Origin: Octopus sinensis
Taxonomy: Eukaryota
Reading direction: 5' to 3'
Length of the DNA: 64,000 nt
Assembly (NCBI RefSeq): GCF_006345805.1
Contig: NC_043015.1
Location: 434,001-498,000, forward strand
Below the pieces are notes generated by a model. The model was not told the origin of the DNA. It saw only the letters and a list, made by a program, of their open reading frames with translations, and ran no database searches. Of this stretch, positions 37,900 to 51,586 are shown one piece after another (the stretch's first letter is position 1; each line of letters starts with the position of its first letter). The translations under genes were made by a program, and so were the position numbers.

Positions 37900-40039
37900 C
37901 GTATTTGTTACAACTCTTGATTTCATCTTTGTTTTACACTCTTTCAATTTTCATTAGAAGGAACGAATCCAGAGCGGTAGAATGGCGTGACTGATGGAGG
38001 TGAAGCCGTTTCGACTTTTTAGCTTTCTGATAGTAACATTTGTGACAACTGTGGTACCCTGCGGTATTGGTCTTTCTCTTGGATAAACATCCGATATGCA
38101 GAGAAGGGAGATTGCTAGTCTTCATAAAAAAGTCACGCCTACGCCAACAGGTGATGTACAGACGCATAAGCAGCATTAATCAAAGTAGGCCCTATATTTG
38201 CTTTTTACAGGATCATAAACTGTGTCCTGTCGGTATAAACTATATCGAACAAGAATTTACATTATTTACAAGAAAAAGGCTGGAAGGTATATCAGCCGAA
38301 ACGTTGTGTTAACAGCAAACAAGATGAGGACAAATATCCGTCGAATGTAAATAATGTACATAATTCATCATCTCTTAAATATAGAACTGAAGAATTTACA
38401 TGTTCAGAACTTCATCACTGAAGGTCTTAGTTAAAATTCACATGTACATTTTTTGACATGAACTTTGTTTCCGTATTACATTCTTCAGATACATCAGAGC
38501 AAGGGTTTCAATTCAGCTATATAAGCTGTGAAACATACCTTGTTTATTTACACGATTCTTACTCTAACAAGGAAATGTACTGTCCCCACTTATACACTAT
38601 GTCTCTATTATTTTAGATGAACACATCCACCTTCTTTGCTACCTCTCTCAAATAGGAACTACATGTGTGGAAGTAAACTTTATGTTTCATTCCTCAGAGG
38701 GCCAATCAGATAAATGACAACATGTTATCGACTGGATCTCACTCCCGAAATTTCCGTCTTTTAATCTATACGAGCAAAACGCCCCCGTCCAATGCAAAGT
38801 GCTGAGTCGTCAAACCTTTAAACCAAATTTTCTCAAAACAACTTGTCTGACCCTCCCAAAGGCCTCCCCGTTGAGAAACACTGATTTAACCTAAATTTCA
38901 GACACCAGCAAAAGAAGAAATAAAGATAGACTTTATTCTATTCCAAAGAAAAACGATTTTATTCACACAAATATGCAACCGAAGAGTTTAAAGTACCAGA
39001 AATGATAAGGCTGTTGACTAGGAGAACACAAACATAGTTTAAATAGTAAGCTTGGCAGGAAAGAAACGTGCCTTTAAGTAGTACAAAAACAACAAAAAAT
39101 GGAAGGTGCAGTTATGTACAGGTTGACGGAAGAAAAGCAGGACAAAGACGATGCACGCAAATGGGTTAGCTGGAGGTAAATCTAGATGGAAAAGCATGAT
39201 GACTTTTTGCACAACTTGCACGTGCATTTTTCTCGCTTACGCATAGTATCGATCGCAACAGCTGATGTAATTGCGCGTACAAATGCACGTTCCCACGGCT
39301 TTATCGATCGCATTCTCACCTGGAATCGATTTTTGTAATTTTTTCAAGACTTATACACACCCTGATACCGTCGGTATACATATCAAATAAGAGATTAGAA
39401 CCAATTACTCATAATATTTTATCATGAACTGTGTTTACCAAAGTATTTTCCCACCCATGTTCGAGGTGCTACACGAAATATGAACCTTTAAGTTATTAAA
39501 CACAAACCCTGTGAATATGGTGAGATGCAACTCATCTCTTGTTTAACAAATCTTAATATATCACAAAAACCAAAAACTCCTAAGATGATTATACACGGCG
39601 TTTATTTCATTTTATTTTATTCATTTTCATAAATTTATTATTATTATTTTTTTATGTCTTTTACAAATATCATAATTTGTTTTGTTTGAATTTTTGTCCC
39701 AGTGTCGCCTAATAGGGAAAGGTCATTTTAGATGTATGAAATATTTATGTAATTAAACATACTTGTGATTATCTTTTATGAAAAATAACAAAAGAGAGAA
39801 AAAATCTGCATTGATTGTTCAAAAATAGCGACTACAATTCATTCTGCATCCTGAATACAAACTAGCGATAGTAAGCCATTGGTTGCGAACAAAAGGCCGA
39901 TGCGAGACAAAGTCAAACATTTGAATTATTCTGTTTGAGCAATTTTCCACTGAGTTGCTTAGAAACAATCGTACAAATTTTAGTTGTTTGTGGCAGTTTT
40001 ATTACAGAGATATATAATACACACACACACACACAACAC

Positions 40040-40070
<31 letters not shown>

Positions 40071-40106
40071 ATATAATATATATATTATATATATATATAT
40101 TATATA

Positions 40107-40161
<55 letters not shown>

Positions 40162-40168
40162 GTATATA

Positions 40169-40362
40169 GGCGTGTGCGTGGCTGTGTGATAAGAAGATTG
40201 CTTCGTTACCACATGGTTCCGGTTCAGTCCCCCTGCGCTGCACCTTGGGCAAGCGTCTTCTGCTATCGCCTCGGACTGACCAAAGTCCTGTAAGTGGAAT
40301 TCGTGGGCGGAAGCTGAAAGAAGACCGTCGTGTGTCTGTGTGTGCGTGCGTGTGTGTGTGTG

Positions 40363-40416
<54 letters not shown>

Positions 40417-40628
40417 TGTCTCTGTTTGTCCACACAACTGTTTGACAACCGGTGTTGATGTACCTACGTCCTAGTAACTTATCATTTCGGCAAAAGAGAC
40501 CGACATAATAAATACCAGGCTTTAAAACCGAAGAAGTACTGGGATCGTTTCATTCAACTATAGATTCTTGAAGGTTATGCCCCAGCATGGCCGCAGTTTA
40601 ATAACTGAAACACGTAGAATATGAAAGA
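40169..40628 (+). mobile_element. Family C SINE with (TG)n core
   Basis: CACCTTGGGCAAGCGTCTTC CORE-like motif; homologous to 14646 and 50240. Confidence 0.85.
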
Positions 40629-41212
40629 TATGAGGTAGCAGCACGCAGATTGGAACTCTATGTGAGATCCTAGTGGAAGTAAATGTAAGATATACGGGTT
40701 CGTTTCCCGAATAAATCCGCTTAATATTATTTCAGATATTTACGTAATTGAGAGCCGCATGCTCGTCAAAATATCTTCTTCTTGTATTTCTGGCTCTTGT
40801 TGTTGTTGATGATGATGATGATGTTGGTATTTAACCGCAGGCCAACTCTGGCTAAAGAGGCTAGTTATGAAATGCGTCCGAGTCGTGCTCCGCTTTTATA
40901 TAGTTTTATATAACTCAAATTTAGTTGAAGGCAATAGAAAGTGATTCGAATAAAATTTAGTGCCAATTTCTGTTGCCTCACCATTCCATTCCTGTTTTAT
41001 GAGAGACATCACTTGTTTAAACAAAATCAATAACAACACCAGCAAAATTTTACAATGGAATATATGTGTATGTATATTAGAATTGAAGACCATAATCAAC
41101 AAAGAACTGAATTTTATTATTTCGAAAGCCACAATCTATAATAAAATTTATTGTCCCTCTTAGTTATAATGAATGGTTTCAAGTGTCACACACACACACA
41201 CACACAACTCAA

Positions 41213-41532
41213 AGGCGCGTGACATGGTGGGTACGGTACTCGGCTCAAGATCGTAAGGCCGTGAGTTCAATTCCCTGCGACGCATTGTGTCTTTGAGCAA
41301 GATACTTTATTATAAATTGCTCTAGCCCACTCACCTGGAAAATATGAGTAGTGTCTGTGATTTACAAAGCCAGCCTCACCACATTCTATGTCACGCTGAA
41401 TCTTCCTGGGACCTATGTTATGGATACATATGATTGTAGAATGCTCAGCCACTTGTATATAAATTTCACGAGCAGATTTTTCCGTTGATCGGATCAACTC
41501 GAATCCTTGTCGTTGTAACCGATGAAGTGCCA
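41213..41532 (+). mobile_element. Family K SINE, full length
   Basis: Homologous to the reverse complement of 52237-52555. Confidence 0.8.
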
Positions 41533-41599
41533 AGTTCAAACAAGGATCAAAAGGCCTACATAAGTCATAATTTTATAAGGTTGATTTCGCCGAGTCCGT

Positions 41600-41775
41600 G
41601 GCGTATGTTTTCCTCCCAAGTAGACGGCATGCTGGTCTCTCTCATGAATATTAAATTTTGACATCCACGTGAAATTACGCGTTTGCTAAACAACACAACG
41701 CATCGTTCAGTCTAGGAATCGAAACTGCAATCTTACGATCGGGAGTGTAACATCCTAACCACTGTCACATGCCTC
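41600..41775 (-). mobile_element. Degenerate tRNA-derived SINE 5' part
   Basis: Reverse complement shows GGAGGCATGTG..AGTGGTTAGG...GTTTCGATTCC...TTGTGTTG. Confidence 0.55.
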
Positions 41776-41786
41776 CAGATACACGC

Positions 41787-41876
<90 letters not shown>

Positions 41877-44365
41877 GTGTGTGTGTGTGTGTGAATGTTT
41901 GTAAATGTATTTATACATACATACATGGATGTATGCATGTTTACATGAACGCAGATTAATTGAACATGTGTTTATGTCTTTCACTAAACTGGTGATGAAT
42001 TTTTTTTTAAATGGCGAAAATTGTAGATCAAGCTGAAGTAATTTCAGTTTGCAGTTGTAGACAAATTACTACACGTGTATCACAAGAGCGTTTTCACTTT
42101 AGCCGTGACATTAGAAAATACTTAAATTTCTTGAATAATATAAATAAATCTATGGACTTGTCACTATATAAAATATATATTAATTTATTGTAAATGTTAG
42201 TAGATTCGGTAAACATAATAACAATCCTAAGGTCTCAAGAATAACTACTAATCATCGAGGGTGTCTGTAAAAGCTTCCTCGACTTGTTTCGAATAGCAAA
42301 TGAAGGGTCCTTTAACTACAACTTACAATCTTGAAGAAAGAAGAGCTAATGTAGCTTTCGATATATATAATATATATATATATATTATATATATATATAT
42401 ATATATAAATGATTATAAGGACACAGAAAAATGTGTCGAAGCCAGCAGGAAGAGTCAATGCTTCCTAGGGCTAAACACCGGTGGTGTAACCCCCTACTGT
42501 CACGTTCACGTTAGATTGACAGTATACAACCATTATATATATATATATATACACATATATATGGTCACCGAGATATGGATATATTGATTGTGAATGAAAG
42601 ATATTTTATTCATTTTTGTTCAAACAGGATTTAATTGACGGTAAACATCCGCAACAATAAGAAGGAGATATCTTAGAATTCTTCATCAATACTGTAATAT
42701 ATACGTATGTGGATGAAAAATTGAGTTTTCAGTTCGACATTTAGAGTAAACACCTTAATCTTTGAGCGCTGCTGTACGTACTTCTTTTGTGAATGTAGAA
42801 TTCGATATCTTATCAGGTGGTGTGGTAGCTCTGTACGTGTTTCGGCACCTTCCAGTGCGATACCAGAGCTGCCTGAAGTCACTCACCAATGCTAACATTG
42901 ATGTAAATTCCTGCACAGCAGTACCAGCTTCGTTGAGTTTAGAGTCTGCGCCTCCTGGTCAGATGAAGCTTTGAGCTTCAATGCTCGTTCATGCTTCACC
43001 ACTCGTTCTCTCCCGTGTGCTTGCAACATATTCATTTTTTTTTTATTTGCTAATAGTCCACGGCACCTGAGTATCTCATGAAATCTGATTCCAACATATC
43101 CTCTAATATTTATCTCTCAGGACGGTTTATTAACTCCTATTAGTATTTTCACTGAGTTCAACCAACCTATTTTACTTTCTGTCGTCTCTGAGGAAAGCAT
43201 CTTCGCTGTTCGCTTCCACAGAAAGTATAAGTTTTACTATCCTTACCATTTTCCTTTCCTTGCAGTACATGACAAGGTCGAGTCGTTTGTTGAGAAAAGG
43301 TAGAAAGTTATGTTTACCATCAAGATCAACAGAGATCTCTTAAGTCCTCTCCTATTTTGGATAATATTATGTTATTTACAGTGACTGTCTAACAACGTTC
43401 TTCTTCCCTGCAAACTTTATCTACCCGTGCTGCAATACTGGTAGTGCTTCGCTGTTGTTAATTCGCTTCACCCTCTCCGACACTACATCAGCCAATGTTT
43501 TGAGTATTTAGTTTTGCTAACATTTGTATATTTGTTCTAGACTTACTAGGCAATTCGTGCATATGTATCTCATCGTTCCGACGTTCCTACATTTGCACAT
43601 AGCACTTTGTTCTATATTCTAGACTTACTAGGCAATTCGAGTGTATGTGTCTAATCTTTCCGACGTTCCCACATTTGCACATACCACTCTATTCTCCAAT
43701 GCTCTAGGTTTGCAATACTAACAATCCTGGCGTATACAAAGCAAATCAGATAATTCATTCTGGCTGGTTCTCTCAACGAAGTTCTTTCTATCCTATCGTT
43801 CGTCCAACCACAGATTTCTCCCACGTAATACACAGTTCCTGTTAGCCAACTTCATATCTCAGCTATCACAGCAGCACCCTTCTCTTCACCTTTATGACAT
43901 TATAAGTTTCACACTTACTGATTTCAAGCCATAACCTATTTGTCTGTGTGGAGCCTGTCATATCGCCTATATCCCAATATGCTGCGATTGTCAAACTTTT
44001 CCTTCGCCTTAGAAGTTACCCACTTTCTTCCAGTGGGTATCTCTAGAGAGAAGGCACTGGTGAATAATCGTTCGAACAGCGCAGCGTCAGTATAGGCTGA
44101 AAAATAGGACTGGTGTTTTCAGTAGACCTCTGTTTCTATAAAACACGTGAATGCAACGGTCTGTTGCTATCCTAGCAATTTGCGGATATTGAAATAATAT
44201 TACCTTCGAGTTTCACATCCTGCCTTAGTGCAAATTTATACAATGTCAGTTGACTGCGGTGGTCTAGAGTACACTGAAAATTGTTAAATCCAGAGTTTAC
44301 TAGACACGAATTTTGCAAAATAGTTGCTGCAAAATACTAATTGTTATATCAATATGATACACGAA

Positions 44366-44460
44366 CCCAAGGCGGCGAGCTGGCAGAATCGTTAGCAGGC
44401 TGTGCTAAATGGTTAGCAACATTTCGTTCGTCATTGTGTTCTGAGTTCAAATTGAGCCAT
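44366..44460 (+). mobile_element. Family M SINE 5' fragment
   Basis: AAGGCGGCGAGCTGGCAGAATCGTTAGCA...TGAGTTCAAATT. Confidence 0.75.
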
Positions 44461-44770
44461 GGTCAGGGCTAATAATATCAAGTAGATTTACGAAAGATAA
44501 ATATATTTGTCTGAAACCGTGTAATGAGGTGACTTCCATTTCAAATTAATTTCTTCAACCCCTAATTAAAAAAACCTTAGCGGTATGATCCCATAAAGTT
44601 ATTATTGCGTTGTATGAGACAATAAATATTGCTTCGAGCTAACTTGGAATACTCAACATTTTCTTACCCAGCTACATGTACACCAAAGCACTCCGAGGGA
44701 AATTTCACAGAAAGAATTGCGCTGGAGTTCACCGGAGCGACCGCTCCGAGTTTTAAACTCTTGTACAACT

Positions 44771-44804
<34 letters not shown>

Positions 44805-45111
44805 TATATATATATATATATATATATTATGTGGGTGGGTGGGTGCTTCTATGTTTTTGCATGTATGCATATATATATATACACATGTATGTGCATGGGT
44901 ATTAATATAGATTATAGGTATATAACTCTTACTTGAAGTCACACTTGTCTGTTTAAGTCTGCACTACCTACATATACATATGTATATATGTATGTATATA
45001 TACACCAGCCATTGAACCTTGGGCTCTCATGGGATAAAAATTGGTTCAAATACTTACATACCTCTCTCTCTCTCACATACTTTCCATCAGATAGACATAT
45101 AATTACATACA

Positions 45112-45179
<68 letters not shown>

Positions 45180-45579
45180 CACTAATGATATATTGCTTAG
45201 TTTGAAAAGGATGATTACTTTATATGATGAGGAGGAAAAATCATTTAGAAAGAAACTCGTGCATATATAAATAAATACCAAAACGTACGATCATACATTC
45301 TTATATACACACACGAGCAAAATAATCCTACAATAAATATAAACAAACATTATAATACTGAAAATAATTATAACCATGAGATAATTAATCTTTAACCTTA
45401 ATTCTGAGATTTATTTATAATTTCTTTAAAAAAGAAAACAATTTATATTAAAAAAACAACAATAATGTACTTGTCAATAAATTGTAATGTCTATATAAAA
45501 TTATTAATATAATTATTAAAGCAAAATAAGAAAATAATTAAATAACATACAAACAATTGTTTACCTCCATCCCCATCCA

Positions 45580-45854
45580 ACATATATATATATATATATA
45601 CATGCATATATATATATATTCATATTTATATTTATACGTATATATATAGTTATTTATATATGTATATATATATGTGTGTGTGTACGTGTATGTATATGCA
45701 TATATATATATACATTTTTACATATATATATATTCATATCTATATCTATATGTATATATATTTATTCATATATGTATATATACATGTATTTATATTTTAT
45801 ATGTATATATATATTATATTATATATGTATATATATATGTATATATACATATAT

Positions 45855-45886
<32 letters not shown>

Positions 45887-45916
45887 ATATATATATATAT
45901 GTAATATATATATAAC

Positions 45917-45966
<50 letters not shown>

Positions 45967-46072
45967 CATATATTATATATATAATATATATATATATATG
46001 TATATATATATACACACATATATATATAATATATACATATATATATATATGTATATAGATATACACACACAC

Positions 46073-46103
<31 letters not shown>

Positions 46104-46160
46104 CTATATATATTATATTATATATATTATAATATACATGTATGTATGTATGTATATGAA
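45580..46160. repeat. (TA)n-rich microsatellite
   Basis: Directly visible. Confidence 0.97.
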
Positions 46161-48030
46161 TTCAAGAATGGTAATTCAGTCAGATGAGATTCAATAAAGA
46201 ATGGTTTTTTCAAAGAAAGGATTATATGTTCTATTGAGTCGCTAACATAATCTTTACAATTTAATATTCGGTTTTTCGTCGTTGCTTTGTTTATTATGTA
46301 GTTTTGTTTTGTTTTGTGTTTTTGTTTTGTTTCTTTTTAGCGTATTTTTATTTTTAGTTGTTTTATTTTTTTTTCTATTTTACTTTTTGACTTCGTTTGT
46401 GTTTGCATGATGGTGGTGGGGTTTGAAAAATCAAAGGCCATATACAGCATTAAATGAGAGGGAGAGTGAGAGAGAGACAGTGAAATAGAGACAAAAAGAG
46501 TGTGCGAGAGAAAGAAACGGATGAGAGAGAGAGAGGGAGAGAGTGAAAGGGGAATAGTTTGGAAGTTGGGTCAAGAACCTCCTGGATCTCGATTAATGGC
46601 TTCCCTCGGAATTATAAGTAGATGAAGTTAAAATCCATTAACTTGAAGCAGGAGTCGAAATTGGTCCTCGAGTTTCATTCATTGCTAGCGTACATAATAA
46701 CACAGGCCATTTTACAGGTTAGCTTTAAAGTTATGCTGTAAATGTTTTGAAATTCCTCACTTCGACTTAAGGGGTTTTGTTAGAAACAGCAATCCGCGGA
46801 ACTTGAGCGCAAATTAAACAAGAACTGGTTCAAATTTCAAAATCTTTTGGGCTTAATATAACAAAGCACCAGTCAAATAGCATTAATAGAAGTGAGCCTA
46901 AATCAGAAATCAGTTCGAAGCATTTTTACCACCAAGAACATTTCACAAATAGTTTTCTCGACATCCGTCTGTTCCTTTTCATTCAGCAAATGTAAACTTT
47001 TTTGATTACAATGGCTTACTATTCCAGAATTGGTAGAAAGCGTATAGCATATTACTTCCCGGATTGGTCTGTGTGTGAGGTCCTTTGCTGCAGTTGGTTC
47101 AGCTGTAAAAGCGAGTAGCGACGTCACTGGAGCCAAGCTGTATTGGCCTTTGACTTTCCCTTGGATAACAACGGTGGTGGAGGTAGTGGAAGGTTTTATG
47201 CATGGGCGACTGCTGGTCTTCCATGAACAACCTTCCCCTGACTTATTCTTCGAAGGGGAACGTTCAATGAGCAATATCATGGTCATTCATGAACGAATGG
47301 AGTCATTATCCAAGTAGAGAGTCACGTATAGGGATTATAGGGAATTGGAAAAATTCTATTAACTGAGATTATCCTTGCAATTTGAAAAGAAAAACCCCTT
47401 TAGACTTGCTGAAATTCTAAATTTATGTATTTTTAAAAATCACACGAAGCAAGGATATTGTTGTGTGGACGCCCCCAGACGATGAAGTAGACTAGCCCAA
47501 TACGTAGATATAGAGGGAGAAGTCTAGACGTCATGGTAGAGAGTAGGGCTGAGTAGAGGTCATCCGAACGTGCGACATAACATATACATTTTGATATCAC
47601 ACAATGGAATTTTTTGAAAATTTAAGCATACTTTAAGGTATATAATCATATATCTTTTTATGTTATGATTTTAAATCCCACTTGGCTCAACAATGCTTTG
47701 AATTTTTTATTGTTTGGAGAGTCAGAAAAATAGATACTATTAAATTACAAATTACATGCTTCCTCATAATTGTCTATTTTAATGATTATTAAAAACATAC
47801 TCGGGTCACTATCATCGATTAGAAATCAAAGTCTCTTGATTTTGAGGTATTGAATTTTTTTTTTTTTTTTGTAAGAACCTGAGTCTTAAAGGGACCTGTC
47901 GTGGACCAAATACGGGAGCCGAAGAACATTTAAACAAAAGAAATATATCAAGTATGCGACATGAATAATGTTTCCAGCCGCTTCAACAAGGGATCTGAGC
48001 CGTAAGAATCATGAACACGCCAGGATCTGG

Positions 48031-48790
48031 AAGGCGGCGAGCTGGCAGAAACGTTAGCACGCCGGGTGAAATTCGTAGCCGTATTTCGTCTGCCGTTACG
48101 TTCTGAGTTCAAATTCCGCCGGGGTCGACTTTGCCTTCTCATCCTTTCGGGGTCGATTAAATAAGTACCAGTTATGCACTGGGGTTGATATAATCGACTT
48201 AATCCGTTTGTCCTCTCTGTGTTTAGCCCCTTGTGGGTAGTAAAGAAATAGGTATTTCGTTTGTCGACTTTGCTTTTCATCCAATCACAGTCCATAAAGT
48301 AAAAACCAGTTGAACATGGGGGGCGTTGTCATAGATCAGTCCTCTACCCTCAAATTTCAGACCTTGTGCCTTTAGTAGAAAAGATTAATACTGCTGCTTC
48401 GATGAGGGGTCTGAGCTGTCTGAATTGTTAGCACGCCGGACAAAATGCTTAACGATTTTTTGTCCGTCTTTACGTTCTGAGTTCATATTCCGCCGAAGGC
48501 CCTTTGACTTTCATCATTTTGGGACTGATAGAATAAATACCAGTTGAACACGGGGGTTAATGTAATTTACTTATCCCCGAATTTGCTGGCCTTGTGTCAA
48601 AATACGAAACCAAAGCGAGCTGGCAGAATCGCTAACAAACTGGAAAAAAAGCTTAGCGGTCTTTCGTCCGTTTTTTCATTCTGAGTTCAAATGCTGGAGA
48701 GGTCAACTTTGCCTTTCGTTCTTTTTGATTGATAAAATTAGTACCAGTCAATTACATCTACTGTCTAAACCACCAACTTGCTGGCCTAGT
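48031..48790 (+). mobile_element. Family M SINE (tail A plus deleted tail-B body) followed by older degenerate copies
   Basis: Head at 48031, junction AAAGAAATA|GGTATTTCG at 48250/48251, degenerate copies at about 48420-48790. Confidence 0.8.
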
Positions 48791-49236
48791 ATCAAAATCA
48801 CACCTGCTTCAAAATCAAGATTTAATTTTGTTGCGGACCGTGCTTCTACTCTTTGTCCTCGCACCTGCCCAATCTTACCCATCTCCTATTTCCACTCACC
48901 TACGACCCCTCTACACCACACTTTCAACGCACCATTCTCCGAGTCTTAAAATCGGATAAACTTTAAGCTATCTGTATATAACTTAGACAAGCGATTTGAA
49001 TTCACTCGGATGTTGGCTCAAGTTTATGATATCGATAAGCTCTAAAGACAATACAATGTCGATACCCGCCGTTTTCGTTCAAATTCGGGATGGTTCGTTC
49101 CGCGTGGTTTTGAAGGACGCGGTGTGTATTGACACCCTGTGTATTAAAGAAACTCAACGAAGTACAGCAGCGGAAAAGCGTTTAAACAAAGAAAGTGTCT
49201 GTGCGCGCGCGCGTATGAGTCTGTGCATATTTTCTT

Positions 49237-49814
49237 TTCTTTTCTAGGCACAAGGCCCGAAAGTTTTGGAGAGGGGGCCATTCGATTAAATCGACCCAAG
49301 TACGCAACTGGTACTTAATTTATCGACCCCGAAACAATGAAAGGCAAAGACGGCCTCGACGGAATTTGAACTCAGAACGTAAAGACAAACGAAATACCTA
49401 TTTTTTTACTACCCACAAGGGGCTAAACACAGAGAGGACAAGCAAGGACAGACAAACGGATTAAGTCGATTACATCGACCCCAGTGCGTAACTGCTACTT
49501 ATTTAATCGACTCCGACAGGATGAAAGGCAAAGTTGACCTCGGCGGAATTTGAACTCAGAACGTAGCGGCAGACGAAATACCTATTTCTTTACTACCCAC
49601 AAGGGGCTAAACACAGAGAGGACAAACAAGGACAGACAAACGGATTAAGTCGATTATATTGACCCCAGTGCGTAACTGGTACTTATTTAATCGACCCCGA
49701 AAGGATGAAAAGCAAATCCACCTCGGTGGAATTTGAACTCAGAACGTAAGGGCAGACGAAATACCGCTAAGCATTTCTCCCGGCGTGCTAACGTTTCTGC
49801 CAGCTCGCCGCCTT
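49237..49814 (-). mobile_element. Family M SINE array: head plus A plus A plus B
   Basis: Junctions at 49398/49399 and 49582/49583, 184 bp apart. Confidence 0.88.
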
Positions 49815-50239
49815 CTGCTTCCATATTATTCACGAAACCCTACCTAAATATTCGGGCTTCTGCTTATCATAGGAACAATTATTTATATAACACAAAAGAG
49901 AAAACCGCTAGATTACAAATTTTAGATGTCTAAATGATGTGTAGACACTTGACGTAATTACTACATCAAAAACTAGCGTATACAGAGAATGTATTGTACG
50001 GCTAATACATGCTATTGTGGGGGTTCATTGGAAACAATAGTCTAAGTATTCTGAAACAAAAAGCGAAAGTTAATAAAAAATGTTATCAAAAGAACTGAAT
50101 TTAAATACGGGCGAAAATATTTTGTAGGTACAACTGCACTCGCGTAAAAAAGACAGGGGCAAGAGTGTGTATGATTACATATTTATTAATATCTGTGATT
50201 AAGTGTTACGCACATATACATGACACATATACACATATA

Positions 50240-50403
50240 GGCGTAGGAGTGGCTGTGTGGTAAGTAGCTTGATTACGAACCACATGGTTCCAGTTTCAGT
50301 CCTACTGCGTGGCTCCTTGGGCAAGTTATCTTCTACCATAGCCTCGAGCAGACCAAAGCCTTGTGAGTGGATTTGGTAGACGGAAACTGAAAGAAGCCCA
50401 TCG

Positions 50404-50449
<46 letters not shown>

Positions 50450-50685
50450 CGCGTGTGTGCATGTATATGTTTGTGTATCTGTGTTTGAACCCCTAACATC
50501 GCTTGAAAACCGATGCTGGTGTATTTACGTCCCCGTAACTTAGCGGTTCGTCATGAGAGACAGATATAATAAGTACTAGGCTTACAAGGAATAAGTCCTG
50601 GGGTCGATTTGCTCGACTAAAGGCGGTGCTCCATCATGGCCGCAGTCAAATGACTGAAACAAATAAAAGAATAAAGAATAAAAGC
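50240..50685 (+). mobile_element. Family C SINE, full length, (TA)n(TG)n core
   Basis: GGCGTAGGAGTGGCTGTGTGGTAAG head through TGACTGAAACAAATAAAAG tail. Confidence 0.88.
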
Positions 50686-50789
50686 ATATTGTTTCATGTA
50701 TTCGGTATGCAATACTCCGTGTTCGTTACAGTATAAGTAATATATTTTATACATTCATCGTTTCTTAGAAATTATATTGTAATTTTCAA

Positions 50790-51586
50790 ACTTTTAACTA
50801 ATTTTTGATATCTACTATCATTTTCGAAATAGTCACCTTGCGCAGCAATAAAGGGGTTCTGGCGTTCCTACTACTTTTGGAATCCGGTATAGCAGTCGTT
50901 TTCCGTAAGCGAATCGATGATTTTCAGCGATGCACCCTGGATCTCGACAATGGTGTTAAAAAGGCGATCTTTCAGCTGCATTTTCATCTTGGAGAAAAGA
51001 TGAAAACCCTCAGGTGCTAAATCTGACTAATAGGGTGGATGCAGAAGGGATAGAGTGTTGATTTTGGCGAGAAACTCATAAGAGAGGAGAGCTTGATGAC
51101 AGGGTACATTGTTGTTTTGAAGGCTACAAGTCTTTGCAGTCCACAGACCTGGTAGCTTTCGCCGAATGTCCTCTTTCAAACACTTCAAAAGTCACGGTAG
51201 AAATCTTGATTGACGGTCAGTCTCTGGGGGGCGAATTCTTGATGCACAATACTCCAGATGTCGAAAGAAACGATGAGCATGCTCTTGACTGAGCGCGACT
51301 CTGCCGAAGCATACTCAAATGTCTCCGTAGCAGCCTTCTTAAACCCAGTGCAAAATTTCACGTTGGCTCTTTGTTCGAACTTCCTCTTCATGAGAAAAAT
51401 CTCAGACTACAGTATACACGTGAACACAATAACACAGGTTTGTCTGTTTGCGAAGAAAACACAGCGACGTCACTAGACACGCTGCCTCATGAAAGTAACT
51501 GGTAGCTTTCAATACGCACGCAACCTCGTGCCGTCATCTGTTGGCGCGCTACAGATCTAGCTCGGGAAATTGTTGATAACACCTCA
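50790..51586 (-). pseudogene. Internally deleted mariner element
   Basis: N-terminal EQRANVKFC..KAATET is fused directly to SVKSMLIVSFD..IVHQEFAP...TVNQDFY; C-terminal AAQGDYFEND; TIR-like end GAGGTGTTATCAACAATTTCCCGAG near 51586. Confidence 0.8.

Noticed and set aside
38278-38309. GGCTG-N10-CAGCC-GAAACGTT-GTGT as a hammerhead
   Set aside because: Helix II and GAAACGUU are present but CUGANGA is absent upstream; at most a truncated remnant.
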